From Basidiobolus meristosporus CBS 931.73 (Eukaryota > Fungi > Basidiobolomycota): a stretch of 64,000 nt of DNA. Location of the stretch: positions 62,001 to 126,000 of the forward strand of contig MCFE01000074.1 of assembly GCA_002104905.1 (NCBI GenBank), written 5' to 3'. The translations under genes were made by a program, and so were the position numbers. Every line of letters begins with the position of its first letter. Positions within the stretch are counted from its first letter, which is position 1. This document shows, piece after piece, positions 10,931 through 23,581 of this stretch. A model generated the notes under the pieces. It saw nothing but the letters and a program-made list of their open reading frames with translations. It searched no databases and was not told the DNA's origin.

Positions 10931-12600
10931 ACGCCCATGCTGTGATGAGTCTTTCTGTGGGCTTTATCTTTGGGTGCTGTTGTTGTGCTTCAAAGGCTGT
11001 ATGGTGTTCCTCTGCTGTTACATCAGGAAATGGCTCTATTCTTGGCTGTGACATTGAACTATTTGAGCTCCTTCTTTGCTGCAAAGGTGCTGCATTCTCT
11101 ATCAGAGATATTGATTGCGCAACATGTATCATCCACTCATCCTGTTTCTGGACAACTCCCGGAATTCTCTGGGCCATTGCTTCTATCCTATCAGCCACTA
11201 CACCAAGTTACCCCACTAATGCTTTGGTATGAGCTGACAATATACTTGCTAATACATGTGGTGGTGATGTTAATACAACCACTTGCTGGTCTGCACCCAA
11301 AGGTACCAAATTTGCTACATTCTCATCTGCCTGAGCATTATGGTCAGCTTGCAGCTCCTCAGATATTCTCATTTGCCTATTTGACTGAGTGCCTGAGGAG
11401 TTGGGATTATTATCATTAGTGGGCACACTACCAACATGGCCTTTTTTGAATGAAGCCCTGCTTGCTCCACTGAATGACAAATCAAGCTGTTGTCCAACTG
11501 TTCTTCTGCTGCTGTCAATAGTGGGGTTTGGCCAGGAACTAAACAACTTTGCTTAATTTTTTGGTGGCATATATATATGGAAGTGACTCAAGCCAAAGGG
11601 GAAATAGTATTACATACATGTGTGTATGTGATTCCACAACTTTATTTTTAATGCTTACAATGGTGGGTCAGCTGTTAATCTTACATTCATGTAGGTGCAA
11701 TGTCACAAAAATAAGACTGTCTTAAATTCACATGTGTAGTGACAAAACAGTGATATATTAGTGTTGCATTGCTGAGTGTCAAACTGCTTGCCCCATGGAA
11801 AAGCCCACTTTGATGCAATGTAACAAGTAAAGAGAAAAAAGACCATGGCTATTGTAACAGGCCTTGCAGTCATGAAACACATAGACAGCATAGGAAGTAT
11901 TACAAGAGTCACACACAGTGCTTTGGCACACAAGCCATACTTGACCATTCATCAGTCACAACTGTTGCAGCAATATCTTGCTGGCAGCTTGATACTACTA
12001 TTACAGTGCCTAGCTGTACTTGTCACCTTGTGCAAACTGAGTCAGGTGAGTTTGTAAAGCCTTTGGGCTCACTGCAGCCTTTTGAATCAGACATGCAGAG
12101 TGATAGCTCTGAAGAAGAAGGCTCACTGATGGATTATGTGTTTGACTCCCCTAACAATGGTGCCCTCATGAGCTCAGCAAAATTCCATTATGCAGTGAGA
12201 AAACACCAATATAAATCATGCCAAAGATACTTTTTGGAGCCACATGAGCCCAGTAAACCATCTACTAGTGAGTGGTGTGTTTTCACCAATATCAGCAATG
12301 TGGGCTTTGAGGACTTACCACTACTTCTTGCCAAAATTACTCCAGGATGCAACTTGCCATTTACATGGTACAAATAAGCACCTATCATGTGACTGGCAAC
12401 ATATAACCCAGAGACTGTCCTAATGTCAGCATGTGTTAGCAGTGGCATAGCATTCACATCAGAGAATGCTACCATTGCAGGGTGTCCACCAGTGTCAGGA
12501 ATCTACCACAATAGGAGAAAAACATGGTTCACACTCCAGATATATTCCAGTTATTCCCATCTAAAGAAGCTCATGTTGTCTTACAGATATTGTGAAGATG
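10931..12600 (+). mobile_element. EnSpm/CACTA-like fragment: accessory ORF remnant on minus (about 10931-11546), transposase N-terminal remnant on plus (about 11800-12595)
   Basis: Reverse-complement homology to 33600-35300, where the sequence continues into recognisable Tnp2 motifs. Confidence 0.75.
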
Positions 12601-12843
12601 TCTTTTGAGAAGTTATTATGATGTTCCCACAAGAAGACTGTCACAAACTCTAAGTCCAGTAGACTTGTTCTGTTGGATATTGCCACATAGTGCCAGCCTG
12701 TTTATGGTGCCAGATCAATCTGGAACTCTACGGCACTATCTGGCACTATAATTTCTACCATGATGCCAGTGGTATGATACAGTTACTGGTAATTTTACTC
12801 AATCTTACTTATGTTGCTCAGAATAGTGCTTTACTTGCTTTAT

Positions 12844-13728
12844 TTACTCTTCATAATGCTCCAGACACATTTCTCTCAGTGGATGTCTTCTTTTATGAAC
12901 ATACTGTGCATTAATAAGTATCTTAACTATTTTACCTATTCTGCTGTTTTCTCCTATATATGACTTTCCTCTGTATTTACCTGCCAATATGCTGAATCTC
13001 TTCAGATATCCAAAGGTGTGCTCTACCCTTACTCTGAAATGATTAAATATCTCATTGTAGAGCTTCTGCTTCCTGCTAAGCACACCATTCCTTGGCTTCC
13101 TATAAGCTGTAATACATCCTAATCTCTGACAATCCTCTCCTATATAGGCTAAGTCTGCCATACATTTCTCCCCTCTACTGAATTCAGGATGATTCTCTAC
13201 CCAGAGTGCTTTGTCATGCCTACTTCCAGCAAATGGCCCACTAAACCAGATGATGTAACCCTCAATGTCAGACAGTGCTTGAAACTTCACACAGTGTGCC
13301 TTGTACTTGCCAGAATAAAAGTGCCTTTGCCCTCTAGAAGGTCTGTTAATCCTCACTGGGAAGGTATCCAATATACTCCTGATATGGAACCTGTTGCTGA
13401 ACACTCTGGAGTATGGAAGTCTATTGGAGCTTCTGAACATAGTATTCCAAGCTTGCTCTAAGTCATTCATACCCTCTGCAAGGTGGTTTTCCATTGCTGT
13501 CAGCTAGGAATGAAAGCTTCTAGGACTTTTGTTGCCATGGATGGTGGGATGAAGCCTTGTAGGGCAATAGTTCTTGTAATAGCAGAGAAGCTTAACAAGG
13601 GATCTCCTTGAGTAGATTGGGGCTGATGGTCCACAGTACTTGGAATAGATCTCCTCTAGTGTGTCAAAAGGAAATCCAGTGGTAGTGATAGGATTGCTGA
13701 GAAAAGACCATTCAGATGAGTAAGTCAT
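12844..13728 (-). pseudogene. DDE_Tnp_4-type (Harbinger/ISL2EU-like) transposase, 294 codons with one internal TAG (13504-13506)
   Basis: ILDTFP..INRP..Q.HFYSGKYKAH.VKFQ; SGPFAGSRHD; ADLAYIG; RVRVEHTFGYLKRFSIL. ORFs 13504-13728 and 12844-13494 are in frame, and copy 2 has CAG at the stop position. Confidence 0.88.
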
Positions 13729-14087
13729 ATTAAAATTGATGGATGATTGTATGGAGGTGGTTTAAATTGATTTGGCGCAATCTGCGTTATTTATCTGATT
13801 TTTGATACATTATGGTTAAATCTCCATCAATTGCCATGTATCCCATCATTATGTTGCAAAAATCATCCGCAAACAATGCCTTGGTACTTTTATTGATGCT
13901 TTAATCATAGGTCTATAATCAAATAGGAAATCTGCAATTGATGTGATCTGATCCATGTCAACGCAATCCAAGATGCATCATGCATAATATATGGAAAGTT
14001 CAACAATCACTTTAGTTTTCATATATATTTCATATAAGACCAGGTTGATGCCAATATACTGCTGTATAAGTATCCAAATCCGTTGTT

Positions 14088-15320
14088 ATGGTCCCCATAC
14101 CAAGCCTCAACTCATCTTTAGTACAACCCAGACAAAACCCATCCCCCAGCTCACAAGCGTGGTCTGGACCGGATAAGTCTATGTTGGATCCGTTTGAGTT
14201 CTTGCCAAATGATTTTAGTATGGCCCAAGTGTCTATGATGAGCCTTCATACAGATATTTGGGCACTACTGATTAATCTAGCAGAACTAGATACCTCAGAG
14301 AGTCAACAAAGATGGAAGAATTTGAGTAGAAAGCTGTGACATGAGTTCTACATCAAGATGCCAGCCAATGTATGTAAAAAGATATATAACAAGACAAGTA
14401 TTGAAATCAAGAATGAGCTGAGAGTGAGGGGATTTGACAAAGAAGCCGTGCGGGAACAATTTTGTGCGCAATTTGCACAGTATGGGCCGGACGCGTCCGT
14501 TTGTGCCTCAACTTTGGGAACCAAAGAGATTTTGAATGAGTTTTTGCCTCAAATTACTAATGTACTACGTGATATATTAGTAGAGCTAAGTGGCTTCCAA
14601 GAGCAATATACACAGGACTCATCCAGGCAACAGCTCCAAAGTATCAGACAGAGGGTAAGTGAATACCTTGAGGAATCAGATGGTGAGCTTCAGGAGGAAG
14701 AATACAGACCGCAAGCAACATTGTCCAGATTGCGCCAGCATGCCTTGCTGGATTCCCTACCATCTCTTGCAACCACAGCATGCCGGCGCACGTCAGTCCA
14801 GACCACGCCAACACCCTTTACCAGAACGCCCCGCGTCAAGTCAACGCGCGCGCTTCAGAGCAAAACTACAAGAACTTGCCAAACTGCTCATTTAGACACA
14901 AGTCCATTGGAGCGGACCTAGTTGTGTCAACATGTGGCATCACATTGAACTCAGCCAAGGGCCATCTCAACACGTCAAGGCGCGCCTGCGCGTGCCGTTT
15001 TGCCTGACCATCAGCAAGTTACTTCTGGTGAACTGACTGATGATGACCAACATGAAGTGCCTCAACCACCGGAGCCCTTGGCAAGTAAAAGAACCCGTCA
15101 GCGCGTGGCACTACAGGCCGGTTCAGTTGGTTCAGTTGGAGCAATTCAGCGTGGCCAAGCTGCAGCATTGCACTCATCAACTAGGAGGCAAAATACTCAC
15201 TACAAATACACAAGTAGCCAAGATGATAGTCAGCCAGGAAGTAGTGTAGGTGTGCAAAGTGAGTCACTACCAAATGCTTCAGTAGTAATCCGTGTGAGAA
15301 AAAAACCCAGGAGAAGATGA
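14088..15320 (+). pseudogene. Second ORF of the PHIS element, about 410 codons with three in-frame stops, unknown function, basic C-terminus RVRKKPRRR
   Basis: ORFs 14088-14339, 14358-14921 and 15000-15320 are all in one frame. Homologues lie at about 28520-29750 (minus) and 49306-49857. The start codon is uncertain. Confidence 0.7.
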
Positions 15321-16552
15321 TGCGATCACTTTGAATTGCTCACATTTGTAATGATCCCAACAACCCTTTTTTTTTGCAATCCAAATCAAGCCATCGCAAA
15401 TCAGTGATCATCAAATTTTTGTTATAAGTAATATCAAGGTTGTCTCACATTTGAGACAGAACCCCTATAAATAAACACCCTGCATATATATACGTCATCT
15501 GTAATACCAGTGCAGCTATTGGATCTGTTTTGCACCGACACAATCACTTGCGTGCTAGCTATGACACCTTGTCCAATCACTAGGATCAGGGATTTACTTG
15601 CTCAATGGGCAAAATGGGATATTTGATGGCAAATCAGGTAGCTTTTTCAGTAGTCAATGAGCCAATTGGGGGCTGCCAGCTTCAGGATACTTTTGGACCA
15701 ATTAACCACTGCGATACCGTCCAATTGGAGTGAGGGTAACCAAAATGGTAAGTATCAGTGTAGTTTATAGTGTGATACACATTTATTTCCATTTACATTA
15801 AAGAAACATATCCAAATACCGGATTTTACCCGCCATTATAACGGTATCCAATTGCGCACGTGATGCAAACATTACAAGTTGGCGCAATCATCCATGCCAA
15901 CCTCATTGTGTCAGATTGTGCCATAGTGTGCTAGATTGTCCCGCATAGTGCAAAATTGTCCAAGAACAATCCTGCATTCTGGTAGCTATAATATCGCGCC
16001 CAATTGTTCTTTACAACCGCAGATTGCGCCGCGCACCCTGGCACGGTACAATGGAACAAGTCTAGTGACTAAGAGGTATTGGTCCCATTGGAACACCATG
16101 CAAAGACTGTGAAAAAATAATTGCACACCAGATTTCACAATAAACTTAGTCAAAATTTTCAACACAACTCTACCAAAGTGGCATTTGATATCATTCTCTC
16201 TCAATTTTCTCACTTTGTGATCCCTGACACTCTATTACCTCCTACCTATGTTCTCATTGATTGACTATTGCCTCTTTCTCACACTCCTACTTCCCAACTC
16301 AACTACTTCTCTAACTTTTTATGCATACAAATTGATTTGTATCCATTGAAGCATCAGTTGTACCTCAATTGTCAATTGTATTGACCTTTACAAGTCCCTA
16401 TACTCTATGCTAACATTAAGCTCAACCCTGCACTCAACAAGTAACTGCATTAAAATCTACAACTCAATAAGTATTTCAGCTGAATGCTTTGTTTCCATGA
16501 CTTTAGTGGGAACCTTGCTGTTCATGGCACTGTTCATTTGCTGGTTCCTATA

Positions 16553-17012
16553 TGTAGTGAGATCTCTGTAATTCCACCTATTTATTCACCTATATTAGTC
16601 ACTTAGATCATTACTTTCAAATTCTAGAGAATACCGACCAAATTCCTTGTTGGGATTTACTTAGAATATTTTCACCCAAATTCTAGGTACTCTGATCATG
16701 AAAATTCTCAAAGTTACTCAAACAGCCCCAAACTTTGCACACATGTTCTTGGGACCCTCCTTCACCTATTCTACAAGTTTTTTATGCCAAGACCATGTAA
16801 AAATATAAATACTACTTTTACACTGATCAATTCATCAAGTAATCACCACATATTCTACTTATTTTCCCAATCACTTCCAATATCTCCAAGACTGTTACAA
16901 CAGGCTATAACCCCAAGCTGTCACTCTTTGCAATGTCCACTACTGCTATTACTGAAACTTTTCCCTCTTCTGAAAAGTTGGATGATTCTTACTACCAAGT
17001 ATGGAAGGTGAA
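16553..17012 (+). mobile_element. Truncated copia family A copy A3 (LTR 16553-16902, degenerate PBS, start of gag)
   Basis: 350-bp LTR similar to 822-1152, then GGCTATAACCCC and gag codons to ..VWKVKMLL. Confidence 0.8.
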
Positions 17013-17105
17013 GATGCTGCTGTAGGAGTAAACTCATCTACCTCACTGGAGTGTAGCCCAACTGGCTGCATTTCCAACTCTTGTGAAAACAATACCATGT
17101 TCAGA

Positions 17106-20100
17106 TATTTATAGGTATATCTCCTCCCACTGTTTCTGATACTTATTGTAGCTAAGTAGATTGTCTAATAAGCTACTCACAGAGCCTCAGGATCAGTGGT
17201 TCTATTCCTAGTACCACTGTTACATCATGTATATCATTCCAAAGTTGGTGAGTCTGAGATCACTGATTGTTGGCCAAATATATTGAGGTTATATATCATT
17301 CTGGTCCTCAGGATATTGGCAAGCTGATTCATGTATCTGTTTGCATACCTCAGGTATGTGTGGATCCTCAGCATAGCTCCTTTATTTTATGATATTAAGA
17401 ATCCAAGTATTAGCACATACATCATGTAGTATGCTCAGTATTTATTTGGACTCCTTGCTGGGTTTTTGTGTTTTTCCAAAGCCTCATCTGTTTACAGATT
17501 TCATAATTTGAAATTTGTCCAACATGACCTCCTTATCATAGGCCTCTCTCTATAACAATAGTTACTATTTAGCAGTTCTTTTCTGTCCTTTGTAATTTCA
17601 GGTAGATATAGCAGTCTTTCTCCAGAATAAAGACACAGTACTAAAGTAAAGTAGACACCCAAGCTATAGCAATCTTGAGGCTCATAGCCTGTTGAAATTG
17701 TTGTAAGAGTCTTGGAGATATTGGAAGTGATTGGGAGAACAAGTAGATAATGTGATTTTCACTTAATGATTTATTGAATGTAAAAGTAGTATTTATACTT
17801 TTACCTGGTCTTGGCATTACAAACACATAGAATAGGTTAAGAAAGGTCCCAAGAGCATGTGTGCAATGTTTGGCACTGTTTGGACAACTTTGAGAATTTT
17901 CATGTTCTAGGCACCTGGTATTTTGGTGAAAATATTCTAAGTAAATCCCAACAAGGAATTTTGGTCAGTATTCTCTAGGATTTGAAGGTGATGATCTAAA
18001 TAAGTAGGTTAGGTGAATATTTAGGTGGAAATACAAATTTTTACAACACTCCCACTCAGCTAAATGTTCATACTGACTAGTCCTAATTTTGTCCTAAGAT
18101 ATTCAATCTTGCCTCTAGCTAATGGTTTGGTAAATATGTCTGCAATCATTTCATCGGTAGGATAGTAAACTAAGCTAACTAAGTTATTCTCAATAGCTTC
18201 ACGTATGAAATGATGTCCAATATCTATGTGCTTGGTTCTAGCATGAAAAGTTGGATCTCTACCTAATTGTATACATCCTTGTTTATCTTGAAATAAAGTA
18301 ATAGGTGTTTTTTGACATAGGCCTAAATCTGTGAAAAGTTTTCTTAACCACATTGCTTCTTTTGTTGCTTCACAGGCTGCCATATACTCTGCCTCTGTGG
18401 TGGTAGTGCTACGGTTGGTTGCTTTCTTGAATTCATTGAAATTGCCCCTTTACAGTAAAGAAAGGTGTGTCCTGTGGTGGATCTTCTGTCTTCCAATTAT
18501 TGTCCCCAATCAGCATCATAGTATCCCACAGGATCCTGTTCTGAATCCTTATAAGTGTATCTTAAACAGATATTGGCAGTTCCTTTTAGGTATCTAAAAA
18601 TCCGCTTAACTGCTGCAATATGATCAGATCCATAGTTCTGATTTTGCGGGCTGACAACTCCCACTGAATATAAGATATCTTGACATGTTCCAAGCATGAT
18701 ATACATCAGACTGCCAACCATAAACTGATAAGGAAAGTCAGGGCTTTCAGATGGCACCAAGCTCTCTAGATTTGGTTGAGTTTTGACCAAGTTAAGGTTT
18801 GTCTCCATTGGGGTAGCTGCCGGTTTACAGTCTTCCATTTTGTACTTCTTTAGTATATCTTGAATATACTTGGACTGGCTCAGGGTGATAGTCTGGGTAC
18901 TTCTGTCTATGGAGAGCTTAATCTCTAAGTAGTAATTAAGCTCTCCTAGATTGGACATCTTGAACTCCTCAGATAGGCTGGATTTAGTCTGTTCCAATGT
19001 TTCTAGGTTATTGGTGGCTATAATAAGATCATCCACATATAGAGCTAATAGAACTGGATTTGCTCTATCTGGCTTATAGTATATACTATAGTTATCATTA
19101 CTCCTTTTAAAACTCAAAGATTCCAAATAAGAATCTATTGTGCAATTCCAGCCTCTTGGTGATTGTTTGAGACCATATAGAGATTTTTTAAACTTACAGA
19201 CCAAATGGGGGCTATCTTGGTCAACAAACCCATCATGCTGGTCCATATACATGGCCTCATCAAGTTCTCCATTCAAAAATGCAGTTTTTACATCCATTTG
19301 ATGAATAAATAACTTATATTTGGCTGCAATAGCCAATAATAATCTGATGGAATTAAACTTGGCTACTGGTGCAAAGGTCTCAGTATAGTCAAGTCCTTTT
19401 GTTTGAGAGTATCCTTTGGCTACAAGTCTTGCTTTGTATGTTTCAATGGTATTATCAGCCTTGTATTTTGTCTTGAAGACCCATCTGCATCAAATTGATT
19501 ATTGGTTGATTGGTAATTTAACTAAGTCCCAAGTTTGATTTTCCATCAGGGCCTGATATTCCTCAGTCATTGCAGATCTCCAAAACTTTGTCTGAGGGCT
19601 ACTTAGGGCCTCATTTACAGTCTGGGGCTCATCAATATGGACTGAATAGGCATAGGCTAAGTCTGTACCCTCATTGATACAGTAATTTGGGCTATTTCTT
19701 GTCCAATTGGATCTCCAGGCATTTGATACGGGAATGATCACTTCTGGGATATTCCTGGGCACTGATCCTGGCTGATCCACGTTTGTAGAGTACTCTGGAG
19801 TGAGAAAAATTTCATTGTTTTGCTCTGATCAAATCCTGACAATTTGTGGACTTGAGATAAAATTTTCTTCATCTTCTGGTGTCATTTTTTGTGAAAATTT
19901 TGAATTTTCATCAAACAACACATCCCTGGATTTGATAAGCTTCTTTGCTTTGGTATTGTAGAGTCTGTATGCCTTACTCTCATTGCAGTAGCCCAAAAAT
20001 ATGCATTCTACACTTTTTGGCTCAAATTTTGACTGATTTCCGGCCAGTTTTTTGGCATATACTGTACACCCTAGTATTCTTAGATGTTCTGTACTTGGTC

Positions 20101-22641
20101 TGTACCTATACCATGCTTCAAATGGAGTAGAATCACAAAGTATTCTGTTATAACTCCTATCTTCAAGATATACAGCAGTGGCAACTGATTCCGCCCAAAA
20201 ATCATAGGATAATTTTTGATCATGGATCATAGATCTTGCCATATCAATGATTGATCTGCTAGCATGTTCTGCTACTCCATTTTGCTGTGGAGAGTATGGT
20301 ACAGTAGTCTCTTGCCTTATCACATGATTTTGCAGAAGTGATGAAAGGTTTTGAGGTATATTCTCCACCATTGTCAGAGCGTATTTTCTTGATTTTTTCA
20401 CCAGTTTCTCTCTCCACCATGACTTTAAACTCCCTGAACTTAGACAGAGCTTCTTCCTTTCTCTCCATGAAGTAGACCCATGTGTATCTTGTATAATCAT
20501 CAATAAAAGTGATCAAATACTTCATCCCACCTAAGGATAAATTTTGCATAGGTCCACACAGACCTGGGTGAATTAGATCTAATTTTTTCTTAGTTTTGAT
20601 TAACCCAGAGCTCTTGAACGGCTATCTGGCTTGTTTCCCATATATGCAGGCTTCACAGTGCTCCAAATTAGCTGGGGGATCCATTTTCACTCCAGAAATT
20701 AGCTGATCTTTGATCACTTCCAAATATGATGGAATATAAGTCACCATGTATAGATTCTGTTCTCTGATGCCCAAAGCAATATGGGCACCATTTAGATCAT
20801 TGATCCTACATCCAGAATTGTCAAAACTGAAACTGAGTCCTTCTACTGTGGCCTTGCTGACAGAGAGTAGGTGCTTGGCTATTTCTGGTACATAGGGTAC
20901 TTCTTTAAAGGTCAGTGTATGGCTTCCTTCACTGCTTCTAAGGCTTACTTGGAGAGTTCCTTCTCCCACTGCATCAAGTGTTCTATTGTCACCCATGAAA
21001 ACCTTCTTAATTGGAATTTCTTGATTTTGGGTAAAAAGTTCTTTTTAGTGTGTAAAGTGTTGAGAAGCTCCAGAGTCAATATACCACGTCTGAGAATCCC
21101 TGTTTGTGGTCATATTTAGTGCAGATATGAATAGCCTATCTTCAGTTGTTGCAGCAATTCAATATTCAGGCTTCTTTTGCTGATAATCTCTCTTTTTGAG
21201 ACACTGGTCTGATGTGTGTCCTTTCCTTTTGCAGTAGTTGCAAAACAGGTTGCTGTTGCCTTTGTAGGGTCTTGGGTACCTCCTTTGTTGGTTATCATTG
21301 CTTATTAAAGCATTTTCTTCTCCCTTCTTATTAGCGCATGATTTTCTTAATTCTTCATCCAGGTGCCTTCCATATACATAATTTAAGGTCAAATCTTCAG
21401 TTCTGGACTCTAGGGCTGATTCAAGGCCCTGAAACTTGTCTGTCAGGCTATTCAGGATGGTAACTATCACATCCTCATCAGTAGTTGGTATGCCCACGGA
21501 TTCTATCTCATCTACCAGTGGAGTAATTCTGTTAATTAGATTATTCATTTCTTCTCCTGGCAGCATCTTTGTAGTAAAGGATTTTTGTCTCAGATACATT
21601 TTCTTGGCAGCTGAACATGACTGATAGGTGACTTCTAATGCTTTCCAGGCATTCTTTGCTGTTTTTGCTCTTGAGCATTGAATTAGCAATTTGTCCTTGA
21701 CATTAAGGCAAATGTAGTTTAATGCACTTTGTTCTTTCTTCTGGTACTTAAAGGCTTCCTCTCCCATGTTTTTAGGAGGGGATTCTTCTCCCATGACAAT
21801 ATCCCATAGGCCTCTTTCTTGTAGCAGCATCTTCATCTTCACCTTTCACACTTGGTAGTTAGAGCCATCCAACTTTTCAGCGGAGAGAAAAATTTCAGTA
21901 ATAGCAGTAGTAGACATTGCAGAGAGTGACAGCTTGGGGCTCATAACCTGTTGTAAGAGTCTTGGAGATCTTGGAAGTGATTGGGAGAACAAGTAGATAA
22001 TGTGGTTTTCACTTAATGATTTATTGAATGTAAAAGTAGTATTTATACTTTTACCTGGTCTTGGCATTACAAACACATAGAATAGGTTAAGAAAGGTCCC
22101 AAGAACATGTGTGCAAAGTTTGGCACTGTTTGGACAACTTTGAGAATTTTCATGTTCTAGGCACCTGGTATTTTGGTGAAAATATTCTAAGTAAATCCCA
22201 ACAAGGAATTTTGGTCAGTATTCTCTAGGATTTGAAGGTGATGATCTAAATGAGTAAGTTAGGTGAATATTTAGGTGGAAATACAAATCTTTACAACAGA
22301 AATATCTGAGAGATATACTGGAAGTAAAACATTGAACTAGAAGATTTACATGATATTCACTTGCTGATTTATTGAGTTGCAGCACAGTATTTATTCTTAT
22401 TGCAAAACCACATATATGTAACTATTTGTGAATTATCAGGGGAGTCTCAGAAGTACATATGCTATCCTTTAGCTCATTTGGACAAGTTTCAGATTTTTTC
22501 AAATTCCATACTTCACTAGTTTCTGATAATTAACTAATAACTTACACACTAATTTTGAAATTACTATTTTGAGATATGTTTTTTAACTGAGGGTAGCTCA
22601 TAATGCATCAATATTTAGGTGGACTCCTAATTTTCTCAGCA
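17106..22641 (-). mobile_element. Old copia family E copy: decayed gag 17106-17689 and 5' LTR split into 17690-17698 and 22299-22641
   Basis: PBS-like GGCTATGAGCC next to TGTTGAAAT. The LTR resumes after element A2 and matches the reverse complement of 37084-37432. Confidence 0.65.
17699..22298 (-). mobile_element. Full-length Ty1/copia family A copy A2 (4600 bp), frameshifted; TSD GAAAT
   Basis: LTRs 17699-18048 and 21949-22298 (350 bp, about 7 differences). PBS 21937-21948; PPT 18049-18058; GAAAT at 17694-17698 and 22299-22303. Gag, PR, IN, RT ([16 protein letters not shown]) and RH (ADIFTK) are present as broken ORFs. Confidence 0.95.
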
Positions 22642-23581
22642 GCTTTGGTAAGTAACATACTAGCTAAACTCCTTATTCCCACATAACTCCTATTTTTAGA
22701 CTTGTAGCATTGGACAGCTTGTGCTTGGATATCAGGAACTCATCTAGAAATAGTGAGAATGGTTCACTGTTGTTATCTGGAAAGAAGCTTAATGCTTATA
22801 TAAGACTTGTTCCATTGTACCATGCCAGGATGTGCAGCTCAAACCAAGGTCTCTAAGAACAATTAGGTGCAATATTACAGATATCAGTATGCAGGATTGC
22901 TCTTGGACAATTTTGTACCATGTGGGACAATCTTGCACACTATGGCTCAGTCTGACATGATGAGGTTGGCATGGAGGATTGCACCAACTTGTAAGGTTTT
23001 CATTATGTGCAAAATTTGATACCACTAATATGGTAGATAAAATCCAGTATTTAGATATGTTTCTTTAATATAAACGGAAATAAATGTGTATCACACCATA
23101 AACTATACTGATACTTACCATTTGGTTACCATCACTCCAATTGGATGACATCTTAGTGGTTGATTGGTCCAAAAGTATCCTGAAGCTGTCAGCCCCCAAT
23201 TGGCACTTTGACTAATACACAAGCTACCTGGTTTGCTATCACAAATTGCATTTTGCCCATTGAACAAGTAAATCCCTAAACCTAGTTATTGGACAAGGTG
23301 TCATAGGTAGCACGCAACTAATCAAACATGTGCAAAATGGATCAAATGGCTGCACTGGTGTAACAGATGAAGCATACATACGCAGGGTGTTTATTTATAA
23401 GGGTTTTATCTCATATGTGAGACAACCTTGGTATTGCTTATCACAAAAATTCAGTGATCAGTAATTTGCAATGGCTTATTTTGGATTGCAAAAAAAAGTG
23501 CTGTTTGGATCACAACAAATAATAGCAATTCAATGATATTGCATCATCTTCTCCTAGGTTTTTTTTTCTCACAGGGATTAC

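Larger units (their letters stand above)
12661..16063 (-). mobile_element. PIF/Harbinger-superfamily (PHIS) DNA transposon, copy 1, full length 3403 bp, TSD AGT
   Basis: Ends AGACTTGTTCTGTTG and CAATGGAACAAGTCT. AGT on both flanks (12658-12660, 16064-16066). Joined flanks match the uninterrupted homologue at about 56640-56665 (minus strand). Carries a DDE transposase and a second, divergent ORF. Confidence 0.88.
12601..17105 (-). mobile_element. EnSpm/CACTA-like right-end fragment split by later insertions (pieces 12601-12660, 16064-16552, 17013-17105)
   Basis: The pieces match the reverse complement of 56461-56711, 55080-55349 and about 54740-54815. Confidence 0.7.

Noticed and set aside
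13991-14176. Small ORF upstream of ORF2 also open in copy 2 (29609-29830)
   Set aside because: Explained by nucleotide similarity of the copies; the lengths differ and there is no motif. It could still be an upstream exon, which cannot be tested here.
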